The position numbers and the translations under genes are program-made. DNA of 62,167 nucleotides, the filler included. It is 4 parts of 4 records of this genome, joined end to end, with 100 filler letters (N's around TTAATTAATTAA, not from the genome) between each part and the next. Parts side by side here need not be neighbours in the genome. Positions count along the whole stretch, not along the records: positions 1 to 29,545 come from DRR723986_7817; 3 more parts are not named here. One strand, 5' to 3'. Each line of letters starts with the position of its first letter. Within the stretch, counting starts at the first letter, position 1. The notes beneath the pieces were generated by a model. It saw nothing but the letters and a program-made list of their open reading frames with translations. It ran no database searches and was not told the DNA's origin. Shown here piece after piece: positions 1 to 9,285 of the stretch.

Positions 1-32
1 CCAGTCGAGTCGCAACCGTAACGTCGCAGTAG

Positions 33-698
33 ATGGAGAACTACACCATGCTTGATACCGTTATCCGCTTTTTCCAGGAGGGTGGTCCCTTCATGTACCC
101 GATTGCCATTGTGCTTGCACTGGGGCTGGCGATCACTCTGGAACGTTTCCTGTATCTCGGAGCGGTTCGCCGTCGAAACCGGGTGGCATTTGAGCGCGGC
201 ATTCTGCCCGCCCTGCAAAAACGTGATTACCAGCGCGCCATGAAGGCGGCGTCCAGCTCAGACAGCGCAATTGCCTCAGTGCTTGGCGCTGGCATTGCCC
301 GGTTGATCAATAACTGCCGGCGTGAAGACATCGAATACGCGATGGAAGAGGGGCTGATGGAAGTGCTGCCCCGATTGGAAAAGCGCACGCAGTATCTCGC
401 CACCCTGGCCAACATTGCGACGCTGCTAGGCTTGCTTGGCACCATCATTGGCTTGATTGCGGCATTCACCGCGGTTGCTGCCGCAGACCCCGCGCAGAAG
501 GCATCGCTGTTATCGGAAAGTATTTCCGTGGCCATGAATACCACTGCTTTTGGCCTGATGTCGGCCATTCCGCTGCTCCTGTTCCATGCGGTACTGCAGA
601 CCCGCACCAACGAGATTGTCGACAGTTTTGAAATGGCGGGGGTCAAGCTCCTTAACATGGTGTCTGAGTCCGCAAACCGGCCGGCGGCGGCCGCCTGA
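33..698 (+). CDS. MotA/TolQ/ExbB proton channel family protein (AglR-like)
   Basis: GGPFMYPI N-terminus, ATLLGLLGTIIGLI and ISVAMNTTAFGL TM motifs; followed by two ExbD-like genes. Confidence 0.9.
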   Translation: MENYTMLDTVIRFFQEGGPFMYPIAIVLALGLAITLERFLYLGAVRRRNRVAFERGILPALQKRDYQRAMKAASSSDSAIASVLGAGIARLINNCRREDIEYAMEEGLMEVLPRLEKRTQYLATLANIATLLGLLGTIIGLIAAFTAVAAADPAQKASLLSESISVAMNTTAFGLMSAIPLLLFHAVLQTRTNEIVDSFEMAGVKLLNMVSESANRPAAAA

Positions 699-738
699 TG
701 GTGCCGGCATTCCAGGATCTGATCAGGAGTAGCCGAAC

Positions 739-1269
739 ATGAGACGTCGACATCGCAGACTGACGGCCTCGGCAGACCTCGACATTACCGCCTTTCTCAA
801 TCTGATGATTGTGCTGGTGCCGGTGTTGCTTCTGGGCATGGTGTTCAGCCAGATCCGGATGATCGAGCTTAACTTTCCGGGCATGGAAGCGGGGCAGGCG
901 CCGGATGCCGAATCGTTCCGGCTGGTGGTGACGGTGCTCCCGGAGGGTATTGAGGTGGCGGACAGCGACCGCGGCCTCATTGACGTGTTGCCTGTTACCG
1001 GGCAGGGCCAGGCCTATTCACGACTGAGTGAACTGTTGCAGCGGATTAAATCCCGGATGCCCGACAAGACGGACGTGATCCTGGAAGTCGGACCAGACGT
1101 TGACTACCAGACTCTGGTGTCGGTTATGGATACGGTGCGCTCTTACCAGGCGGTGGTGGCAGCGAGCGTTGTGGAAGCAGAGCTCTTTCCGGATGTGTCT
1201 TTGATGGATGCTGGTGAGGATCGCAATCTTGCCGCGCGACCCATGGAAGGCAAAGGAGAAGGCGCGTGA
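739..1269 (+). CDS. ExbD/TolR family biopolymer transporter protein
   Basis: LDITAFLNLMIVLVPVLL TM segment; VDYQTLVSVMDTVR periplasmic motif; AGGAG RBS. Confidence 0.85.
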   Translation: MRRRHRRLTASADLDITAFLNLMIVLVPVLLLGMVFSQIRMIELNFPGMEAGQAPDAESFRLVVTVLPEGIEVADSDRGLIDVLPVTGQGQAYSRLSELLQRIKSRMPDKTDVILEVGPDVDYQTLVSVMDTVRSYQAVVAASVVEAELFPDVSLMDAGEDRNLAARPMEGKGEGA

Positions 1270-1754
1270 AGTTGTCGAGACGAGCCCGACTGCGCCAGCG
1301 ACACTATGGCCGGATGCACAAGGCGGGTGGCCTGAACCTGGTGTCACTGATGGATATCTTTACCATCCTGGTGTTCTTCCTGATGGTGAATTCCTCGGAT
1401 GTTAAGGTCATGCAGAACACTGCGGATGTTCCCCTGCCCAGTTCGACCGCCCAACAGGAAGCCGTGGAAAATCTGACGGTACAGGTGGTCGGCCAGTCCA
1501 TTCTGGTTCAGGGCCGGGAAGTGGCGCGCCTGGACGGCATAGAAGCCACGGATACTCGCATTGCCGGCTTGTCCGAAGAGTTGGCGTACCGAAGGAACCG
1601 TTGGGCTGAGGTACCGGAAAACGGTCTTGAAGTTACGATTATGGCAGCGAAAGATACCGATTACCGGTTGCTGAGAAAGATCATGCAGACCTGTGTCGAT
1701 GAGCAGTTCCGGCAGGTACGACTGGCGGTGGAGTCGGAGGTTCGTAATGGTTGA
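1266..1754 (+). CDS. ExbD/TolR family biopolymer transporter protein
   Basis: LNLVSLMDIFTILVFFL TM with conserved Asp; AAKDTDYRLLRKIM motif; GTGA overlap with the upstream gene. Confidence 0.88.
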   Translation: MKLSRRARLRQRHYGRMHKAGGLNLVSLMDIFTILVFFLMVNSSDVKVMQNTADVPLPSSTAQQEAVENLTVQVVGQSILVQGREVARLDGIEATDTRIAGLSEELAYRRNRWAEVPENGLEVTIMAAKDTDYRLLRKIMQTCVDEQFRQVRLAVESEVRNG

Positions 1755-2712
1755 TCACAGGGAGCTGTCGCAACCTTCCCGGCTGCCCTGGTCCAGGGAC
1801 AGAGCAGAGTCAGGCCGCTTCGGCCTGATAACCGGGCTGATGCTGGCGCTGTTTCTGATTCCTGCCCTCATTATTCCGGGCCTGCAGGTACCGGAACCTG
1901 AGCGTGAACAGGCGGAGCAATTGCCGCCTCGGCTGGCGAAGCTGGTACAGCCACCCAAGCCGGTTGAGCCACCCGAGCCGGTTGTGGAGCCAGAACCTGA
2001 GCAACCCAAGCCAGAGCCAGAGCCGGAACCGACGCAGGTTGAGGAGCCGCCACAGACCCGTCCTGAGCCGACTGTCGCAAAAACGGAGCCGAAGCCTGCG
2101 CCGCAGACGACCGAGCAGGCTCGTGAAACCGCCTCACGTTCCGGCCTGTTTGCCATGAAAGACCGGCTCAGTGCTCTGACGTCTGTGGACACTCCGGCAC
2201 CTGAGGTGCAGCGTGTCGCGAATGTTAATAACAGTCAGGCGGTTGGCCTGGCACCGGAAACGCCGAATGATTCGGTACTGCAAGGCAGCGGCGGTGTTGA
2301 AACCCGCGAAGGGCCAGTTCGGGAAGTCGAACTGGCAAAGCATGAAACCAGTGACGTAGCCGCTCCCCGGGAAACCGCGCCTCAGGTGGCAAGCCAGCCG
2401 GAACCCGCCCGGCCGTCAGTGGGCGAGCGTGCCATGAGTAATATCCGGCAGGTATTTGATGCCCAGAAGAGCGTGCTCTATTCCCTGTACCAGCGGGAGT
2501 TAAGGCAGGATCCAACCCTTGAGGGCAAGGTTACCCTGGAACTGGTGATTGAGCCGGATGGCAGTGTCTCAGCCTGTGACGTGGTGGGTTCTGAACTGGA
2601 TCACCCGATGCTGGAAAAGCGCATTGCACTGCGCGTACAGATGTTCAATTTTGGTGCCGCCAATGTGGAGACCCGGAAGGTTCGATTCCCCATCGATTTC
2701 CTTCCGGGGTAA
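1747..2712 (+). CDS. TonB-like protein with AgmX/PglI-type C-terminal domain (GltG-like)
   Basis: single TM, PE/PK-rich linker, C-terminal YQRELRQDPTLEGKVTLELVIEPDGSV TonB_C-like domain; ATG at 1747 overlapping the upstream stop preferred over 1693. Confidence 0.8.
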   Translation: MVDHRELSQPSRLPWSRDRAESGRFGLITGLMLALFLIPALIIPGLQVPEPEREQAEQLPPRLAKLVQPPKPVEPPEPVVEPEPEQPKPEPEPEPTQVEEPPQTRPEPTVAKTEPKPAPQTTEQARETASRSGLFAMKDRLSALTSVDTPAPEVQRVANVNNSQAVGLAPETPNDSVLQGSGGVETREGPVREVELAKHETSDVAAPRETAPQVASQPEPARPSVGERAMSNIRQVFDAQKSVLYSLYQRELRQDPTLEGKVTLELVIEPDGSVSACDVVGSELDHPMLEKRIALRVQMFNFGAANVETRKVRFPIDFLPG

Positions 2713-2725
2713 TGCCGGCCGAAAC

Positions 2726-3214
2726 TCAGCTTTCGATGGTAATTTTCGGCAAGCGGGGTTTTTGCAACGAAATCTTTTCGGTGGGGGCAATCACCTTGGC
2801 CTCGCCGGTAACCACCTGATCACCGTTCTGATTGCGCACATCGCAGCCAAAAGAGACACGGTTTTTAGGTTCCTTGCGAAGCACCGACAAGGTGACGGTC
2901 AGTGTGTCGTCCAGCTTGACCGGTCGTTTGAACGACAGGCTCTGTTCCAGGTAGATGGTGCCGGGGCCGGGCATGACCGTGGCCAGGGCGGCAGAAATCA
3001 GTGAGCCACTCCACATACCATGAGCGATGCGCTCCCGGAACATGGATTCTGCGGCAAACTCCGAATCCAGGTGCACCGGGTTTACGTCCCCGGATACCGC
3101 AGCAAACAGCACCAGCTCATCTTCGGTGAGGGTGCGTGTGAACGTGGCTGAATCGCCTTCGTTCAGTTCGTTGTAGGTAATGTTTTCCAGCGTATCCAGG
3201 GTATCGCTCATCAC
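2726..3214 (-). CDS. MaoC/PhaJ family (R)-specific enoyl-CoA hydratase
   Basis: FAAVSGDVNPVHLD and IAHGM hotdog hydratase motifs, PGPGTIYLEQSLSF. Confidence 0.88.
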   Translation of the reverse strand: MMSDTLDTLENITYNELNEGDSATFTRTLTEDELVLFAAVSGDVNPVHLDSEFAAESMFRERIAHGMWSGSLISAALATVMPGPGTIYLEQSLSFKRPVKLDDTLTVTLSVLRKEPKNRVSFGCDVRNQNGDQVVTGEAKVIAPTEKISLQKPRLPKITIES

Positions 3215-3428
3215 AGGCTCCGGTGATTCAGTGTTCGAGTACGGTTGTACCGTTTGCTGATCTGAAAACTACCTCATCGTTAACAAAACTGCTATTCTCT
3301 CCCCACTTTTTTGAGGCTGATACTTTCGTCGGGTTGATTTTCCCGAGCGATCGGTCTTGGCAAAACATTACAATCAGGGGGCTTCTGAACCCATCCGGTA
3401 GTACCCCACAGCGCCAATCAGACAGGAG

Positions 3429-5111
3429 ATGGTGATGGATTTTGAGCAGTTCTATCAAGACAAATACCCAGCTGGCATCCCCCGGGAAATCGATCTCAAT
3501 AAATACAAGAACATGGTGGATGTTTTTGAGCAGGCGGTACAGAAGTTTGCAGACAAGCCTGCGTTTACAGCAGTTGGTGTTACCCTGACTTATCGGGATC
3601 TTGATACTCAGAGCCGTAACTTCGCGGCCTGGCTGCAGAACAAAACTGACCTGAAACCGGGCGACCGCATTGCGGTACAGATGCCGAACGTAACCCAGTA
3701 TCCGGTGGTTGTGTTTGGGGCCATGCGCGCTGGCCTGATTGTGGTGAACACCAACCCCCTGTACACCACTCGTGAGATGGAACACCAGTTTAACGATTCT
3801 GGCGCAAAGGCACTGGTTGTTCTGGCCAATATGGCGGACAACGCGGAGAAGGTTTTGCCCCATACCGGCATCGAGCACGTGATCGTGACCGAGGTTGCCG
3901 ATATGCATTCTCCCATCAAGCGTACCCTGATGAATGCCGCGGTGAAGCACCTCAAGAAGATGGTTCCGGCGTTCAACATTCCGGGTGCTCATAAGCTGCC
4001 GGCGGTACTCAGCGCCGGTGCCCGTGAAAAGTTTACCCCGGTCGATATCAAGCTGGATGACCTGGCCGTGCTGCAGTACACCGGCGGTACCACTGGTGTT
4101 GCGAAGGGTGCCATGCTGACTCACGCCAACCTGGTGGCCAACCTGACGCAAGTCCGGCCGATGCTGGAAGATCAGGTGGAAGAGGGCAAGGAAGTGGTGA
4201 TTGCGCCGCTGCCCCTGTACCACATTTACTCCTTCACCCTGAACTGCGGCATTATGCTGGAAGCAGGTGCCCATAACGTTCTGATTCCGAACCCGCGTGA
4301 TATCCCCGGCTTCGTTAAAGAGCTGCAGAAGCAGAAGTTCTCTGCCTTTATTGGCCTGAATACCTTGTTTGTGGCCCTGTGCAACAACGAGGACTTCCAG
4401 GATCTGGACTTCTCTGGCCTCAAGCTGACTGCCTCTGGTGGTATGGCCCTGACCAGCGATACCGCTAAAATGTGGCAGCGTGTAACGGGTTGCGAAATCA
4501 GCGAAGGCTACGGCATGACCGAGACTTCTCCGGTGGTTACCTTCAATCCCCGCAGCGCCATCCAGATCGGCACCATTGGTCTGCCGATTCCGTCCACTGT
4601 GGTTAAAACCATTGATGACGACGGCAACGAAACACCGGTCGGCGAGCCGGGCGAACTGTGCGTGAAAGGCCCGCAGGTGATGCGCGGTTACTGGCAGCGT
4701 CCCGATGATACCCAGAAGTCGTTCACCGATGACGGTTTCCTGAAGACCGGCGATGTGGCCCTGATCCAGGAAGACGGCTATATCCGCATTGTGGATCGTA
4801 AAAAGGACATGATCATCGTGTCCGGTTTCAACGTGTTCCCGAACGAAATCGAAGATGTTGTGACTACACACCCGAAAGTGGTGGAGTGTGCCGCCGTGGG
4901 GATCCCCGATGCCAAGAGCGGCGAAGCGGTGAAGGTTTATGTAGTGCCCACCAAAGAAGGTGTAACCGCTAACGAAATCAAGGAGTTCTGTCGGGAGCGT
5001 CTGACCGCCTACAAGGTACCCAAGCACTTTGAGTTCCGTGATGAACTGCCAAAGAGCAACGTAGGCAAGATCCTGCGCCGTGAGCTGCGGGACGAGGCCA
5101 ACGCCAAGTAA
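3429..5111 (+). CDS. fadD: long-chain fatty acid-CoA ligase
   Basis: YTGGTTGVAKG AMP-binding motif, EGYGMTE, TGD, DRKKDMI, PKSNVGK. Confidence 0.93.
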   Translation: MVMDFEQFYQDKYPAGIPREIDLNKYKNMVDVFEQAVQKFADKPAFTAVGVTLTYRDLDTQSRNFAAWLQNKTDLKPGDRIAVQMPNVTQYPVVVFGAMRAGLIVVNTNPLYTTREMEHQFNDSGAKALVVLANMADNAEKVLPHTGIEHVIVTEVADMHSPIKRTLMNAAVKHLKKMVPAFNIPGAHKLPAVLSAGAREKFTPVDIKLDDLAVLQYTGGTTGVAKGAMLTHANLVANLTQVRPMLEDQVEEGKEVVIAPLPLYHIYSFTLNCGIMLEAGAHNVLIPNPRDIPGFVKELQKQKFSAFIGLNTLFVALCNNEDFQDLDFSGLKLTASGGMALTSDTAKMWQRVTGCEISEGYGMTETSPVVTFNPRSAIQIGTIGLPIPSTVVKTIDDDGNETPVGEPGELCVKGPQVMRGYWQRPDDTQKSFTDDGFLKTGDVALIQEDGYIRIVDRKKDMIIVSGFNVFPNEIEDVVTTHPKVVECAAVGIPDAKSGEAVKVYVVPTKEGVTANEIKEFCRERLTAYKVPKHFEFRDELPKSNVGKILRRELRDEANAK

Positions 5112-5134
5112 CAGGCGAGGCCCGCATACCAACC

Positions 5135-5169
5135 AAAGACCCTGCTTCGGCGGGGTCTTTGTGTTTCTT
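5135..5169 (+). terminator. Rho-independent terminator after fadD
   Basis: AAAGACCCTGC-TTCG-GCGGGGTCTTT hairpin followed by GTGTTTCTT. Confidence 0.75.
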
Positions 5170-5217
5170 GGCTCCGGTTTTCGTTAGACTGTTTCGCCCT
5201 GACGTTCCACCTATCCA

Positions 5218-8200
5218 TTGATGAGCCTGCAGCTGTTAATGACTGACAACACTCGTTCCGAAACTCCCGTTGATTCCCGGGCCGCTGTCAAAGCGATGAT
5301 GAGCCAGCTGGACGCCTGTAACCAGCAGGAGGCCGCCCGCATCATTCGTCGTGTAAGCCGTTGCAAGGGTAACCCTGGTAACAAGGACCTGGAAAAGATG
5401 GCGCAATGGCTGGATCAGGGGCTCGATAAGGTGCGTAAGCGTCAGGCATTGCACAAGCCGGCGACCTTTCCCGCAGGGTTGCCGGTCAGCGATCGCGTCG
5501 AGGACATCAGTGATGCCATCAACAACCATCAGGTGGTGATCATTGCTGGTGAGACCGGGTCCGGTAAAACCACTCAGATTCCGAAGATTTGCCTGAACCT
5601 GGGGCGGGGTATCCGCGGGCTTATTGGCCATACCCAGCCCCGGCGTATCGCCGCGCGCAGTGTTTCCAGCCGGATTGCCGAAGAACTGGGTGAGACGGTA
5701 GGCCAGCAGGTCGGGTACCAGGTGCGGTTTACCGACAACACCTCGGAATCGTCCCGGGTCAAGGTAATGACCGACGGCATCCTGCTGGCAGAAGTGCAGC
5801 ATGACCGTTTTCTGGATCGCTATGACACGCTTATTATCGATGAGGCCCACGAGCGCAGCCTGAATATTGATTTTCTGCTCGGCTATCTCAAGCAACTGTT
5901 GCCGAAGCGCCCGGATCTGAAAGTCATCATCACCTCGGCCACGATCGAGGTGGAGCGCTTCAGCGAGTTTTTTAACGAAGCGCCGGTGATCGAAGTCAGC
6001 GGTCGTACCTTTCCGGTAGATATTCGATATCGCCCCCTGGTTGGGGACGAGGACGACAGGGATCAGGGCTGGACCGATGGTGTTCTCTCGGCATTGGACG
6101 AGATTGAACAGCATGAACGGCAGGAAAAGCAGCCTCCGGGCGATGTACTGGTTTTTCTGCCAGGCGAGCGCGAGATCCGGGCCCTGAGCAAGGTGCTGCG
6201 CCACGCCGACCTGCGTCATACCGAAGTGTTGCCGTTGTATTCCCGCCTGAGCAACCAGGAACAGAACCGGGTGTTTCAGGGCCACAAGGGACGGCGGATT
6301 GTGTTGTCCACCAACGTGGCTGAGACCTCGCTGACCGTGCCCGGTATTCGCTACGTGATTGATACTGGCGTTGCGCGCATCAGCCGGTACAGTGTGCGCT
6401 CGAAAATACAGCGGCTGCCAATTGAACCGATTTCCCAGGCCAGTGCCAACCAGCGGGCAGGCCGGTGTGGCCGTGTGGCGCCGGGGATCTGTTTCCGTCT
6501 GTACGACGAAACGGACTTTTTGAACCGCCCGGAATACACCGATCCCGAAATCCTGAGAACCAACCTGGCCTCCGTTATCCTGCAAATGGCGACATCCGGA
6601 CTGGGTGAGATCCGGCATTTTCCGTTTCTTGAGGCGCCGGATCGTCGTCAGGTCAACGATGGTTACAAGCTGCTGGAAGAGCTTAGCGCCGTCGATGACA
6701 AACGGCGTGTCACCAGGCTTGGGCGCACCATGGCCCGATTGCCGCTGGATCCCCGGTTAGCCCGGATGCTGGTGACCTCAGCAGAGCAGGGCAGTCTGGC
6801 GGAAGTGTTGATTGTGATTGCCGGCCTGAGCGTTCAGGACCCCAGGGAACGCCCACAGGACAAGCAGCAGGCGGCCGACCAGGCTCATGCACCGTTCAAC
6901 GACAAGGAATCGGATTTCGCCACCCTGCTGAATATCTGGAGCTGGTTCGAAGAGCAGCGCCAGGAATTGTCCCAGAACCAGCTCAAAAAACTGTGCCAGA
7001 AAACCTTCCTGAGCTGGATGCGAATGCGTGAGTGGCGGGACATACACCGCCAGCTCACTCTGATCTGCCGGGAGCAGAAGCTGACATTGAATAGCCAGCC
7101 GGCCAACTACGACGCAGTGCATAAAGCCATTCTGGCCGGCTTGCTTGGCCAGGTGGCGGTGAAAGTGGAAAAGCGGGAGTATCTGGCCACCCGAAACCGC
7201 AAGGTAATGATTTTCCCGGGTTCCAAAGTCGGCAAGACGGCACCCAAGTGGATTGTGGCGGCCGAGATCGTCGAAACCAGCAAGGTGTTTGCCCGAATGG
7301 TGGCGGCCATTCAGCCCGAATGGGTGGAGCCGCTGGCAGGCCACGTGGTAAAGCACCACTATTTTGAGCCCCACTGGGAGCAGAAGCGTGCCCAGGTGAT
7401 GGGGTACGAGAAGGTCACACTTTATGGCCTGGATGTGGTCCCCAAGCGCCGTATTCCCTACGCCAAGGTTGACCCCGCCGAGTGCCGGAATCTGTTTATT
7501 CGCCGTGCCCTGGTTGAGGGGGATTTCCAGTCCAGGGCGCCGTTTATTGCCCGTAACCGCGAAATGCTGGATACCGTCGAGAATCTGGAGAAGAAAACCC
7601 GGCGGCGGGATCTTCTGGTGGATGATGAAGTTTTGGTGGCGTTCTACGACCAGAGACTGCCATCGGATATCGTCAGTGGCCGACATTTTGAATCCTGGTG
7701 GAAAGGATTATCTGCTGAGGAATTGAAGAAGCTGGAGCTGACAGAGGCCGACGTTCTGCAAAGGCCTCTGGATGAATCCGCGGCCCAGCAGTATCCCGAC
7801 TACCTGGAATGGGAGGGGGTGAAGTACCCTCTGAGCTACGAATTTGAGCCAACCAGTGAGCGCGACGGCGTAACCCTGAATGTGCCCCTGATGGCTCTGC
7901 GACAGATCCCCGCCCGGCGTCTGGAGTGGCTGGTGCCAGGGTTGCTTCGGGAAAAATGCATTGCCCTGGTCAAGGGATTGCCGAAAGCGTTGCGCCGGAA
8001 TTTTGTGCCGGTGCCGGACTTTGTCGACGCGGCTCTGGCCAACCTGCAGCCGGGCAACGAGCCTCTGGCGATCAAACTGGGTGAACAGCTGCGACGAATG
8101 ACCGGGGTCCAGATTGATCCGGATGCCTGGCCGGAGGAGGAACTGCCCCGCCACCTGAGGATGAACCTGAGGGTGACCGGCGATAAAGGCAAGGTCATCG

Positions 8201-9159
8201 CCGAAAGCCGAGACACCGATGAGCTCCAGGCCAGACTGGAGGGCCGGGCCGAAGAAGCGCTGGCCTCGGCGACGAGAGATGAACCCGGGAAAAAACAGGC
8301 GGGTGAATACACCGACTGGCAATTCGGCACCTTCCCGGAGCAGGTTCAAACAGAAAAAGGCGGTATGCAGGTCACGGTTTACCCGGCTCTGGAGGATCTG
8401 GGTAATAAGGTGCGGGCTTCTCGTTGTCTGGACAAGCTCACCGCAGAGGATACCCATCGTCGCGGCGTTGCGCGGCTGATTGTGAACCGGTTCGGCAATA
8501 CCCTGGCGGATCTTGAACGAAAGCTGCCCCGGTTCAAGCAGTCTGCGTTGATGTTTGCACCGATCGGCCAGGCAAAGGGACTGCTGGATGATCTGGTGTT
8601 GTCGACGGTTATGCAGCATTTTCTGGCGGATCAACTGCCCAGAACCGAACAGGCGTTCGCAGAGCTGTTCGACCGCCACCGGGGGGACTTCATTCCTGCT
8701 CTGGAAGCTGCTGACGAGCGTCTGTTTCAGGCTATGAACGGCTACCAGAAAGTCGCGAAACAGCTCAAGGGCAAGATCAATCTGGCGCTGGCGGCAAGCA
8801 TGGCCGACCTCAAATTCCAGTTGCAACATCTGGTGTACCCGGGATTCCTGGTCAATGCCCCGGCTCAGTGGCTGGAACGGTTCGGCACCTACTTTGAAGC
8901 GGCGGACATCCGGTTGGAAAAAATGGCGCGGGAAATGGGGCGTGAGCGGGAATTTCTTCACATCATTGAGCCATTATGGGCGCGGTATGCCGCGAAACTG
9001 GAGCAACAGAAGCGCCAGGGCGTGCGAGACCCGGAGCTGGAAACCTACCGCTGGATGATGGAGGAGTTCCGGGTGTCGTTTTTTGCCCAACAACTGGGCA
9101 CGGTAATGACGGTTTCGGCGAAGCGGTTGGATAAACAATGGGAAAAGACCCGTATATAA
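5218..9159 (+). CDS. hrpA: ATP-dependent RNA helicase HrpA
   Basis: GETGSGKTTQ, DEAH, SAT, QRAGRCGR motifs; C-terminal EEFRVSFFAQQLGT; the true start may be ATG 5239. Confidence 0.95.
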   Translation: MMSLQLLMTDNTRSETPVDSRAAVKAMMSQLDACNQQEAARIIRRVSRCKGNPGNKDLEKMAQWLDQGLDKVRKRQALHKPATFPAGLPVSDRVEDISDAINNHQVVIIAGETGSGKTTQIPKICLNLGRGIRGLIGHTQPRRIAARSVSSRIAEELGETVGQQVGYQVRFTDNTSESSRVKVMTDGILLAEVQHDRFLDRYDTLIIDEAHERSLNIDFLLGYLKQLLPKRPDLKVIITSATIEVERFSEFFNEAPVIEVSGRTFPVDIRYRPLVGDEDDRDQGWTDGVLSALDEIEQHERQEKQPPGDVLVFLPGEREIRALSKVLRHADLRHTEVLPLYSRLSNQEQNRVFQGHKGRRIVLSTNVAETSLTVPGIRYVIDTGVARISRYSVRSKIQRLPIEPISQASANQRAGRCGRVAPGICFRLYDETDFLNRPEYTDPEILRTNLASVILQMATSGLGEIRHFPFLEAPDRRQVNDGYKLLEELSAVDDKRRVTRLGRTMARLPLDPRLARMLVTSAEQGSLAEVLIVIAGLSVQDPRERPQDKQQAADQAHAPFNDKESDFATLLNIWSWFEEQRQELSQNQLKKLCQKTFLSWMRMREWRDIHRQLTLICREQKLTLNSQPANYDAVHKAILAGLLGQVAVKVEKREYLATRNRKVMIFPGSKVGKTAPKWIVAAEIVETSKVFARMVAAIQPEWVEPLAGHVVKHHYFEPHWEQKRAQVMGYEKVTLYGLDVVPKRRIPYAKVDPAECRNLFIRRALVEGDFQSRAPFIARNREMLDTVENLEKKTRRRDLLVDDEVLVAFYDQRLPSDIVSGRHFESWWKGLSAEELKKLELTEADVLQRPLDESAAQQYPDYLEWEGVKYPLSYEFEPTSERDGVTLNVPLMALRQIPARRLEWLVPGLLREKCIALVKGLPKALRRNFVPVPDFVDAALANLQPGNEPLAIKLGEQLRRMTGVQIDPDAWPEEELPRHLRMNLRVTGDKGKVIAESRDTDELQARLEGRAEEALASATRDEPGKKQAGEYTDWQFGTFPEQVQTEKGGMQVTVYPALEDLGNKVRASRCLDKLTAEDTHRRGVARLIVNRFGNTLADLERKLPRFKQSALMFAPIGQAKGLLDDLVLSTVMQHFLADQLPRTEQAFAELFDRHRGDFIPALEAADERLFQAMNGYQKVAKQLKGKINLALAASMADLKFQLQHLVYPGFLVNAPAQWLERFGTYFEAADIRLEKMAREMGREREFLHIIEPLWARYAAKLEQQKRQGVRDPELETYRWMMEEFRVSFFAQQLGTVMTVSAKRLDKQWEKTRI

Positions 9160-9231
9160 CGTTTTCGGATGCACTATAACGGGGCCACTGGACGATAGTC
9201 CCACGGGCAATTCTGCCGGACTGTGTTAGTA

Positions 9232-9268
9232 TTTCTGACATCGTGATGTCAGAAACCGTTTTTATAAT
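9232..9268 (+). promoter_or_regulatory. 24-bp inverted repeat (putative operator) next to a TATAAT -10 box upstream of the KAS III gene
   Basis: TTTCTGACATC-GT-GATGTCAGAAA at 9232-9255; TATAAT at 9263-9268. Confidence 0.55.
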
Positions 9269-9285
9269 TGTGACGTGGGGTTATT

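Noticed and set aside
1950-2110. GAGCC-rich quasi-repeats in the TonB-like gene (also ~15170-15195 in gspB)
   Set aside because: Explained by Glu-Pro linker coding
3228-5132. 634-aa antisense ORF over fadD (similarly 5236-6618, 7708-8961, 15537-17051)
   Set aside because: Shadow ORFs caused by codon bias of well-supported sense genes; no motifs
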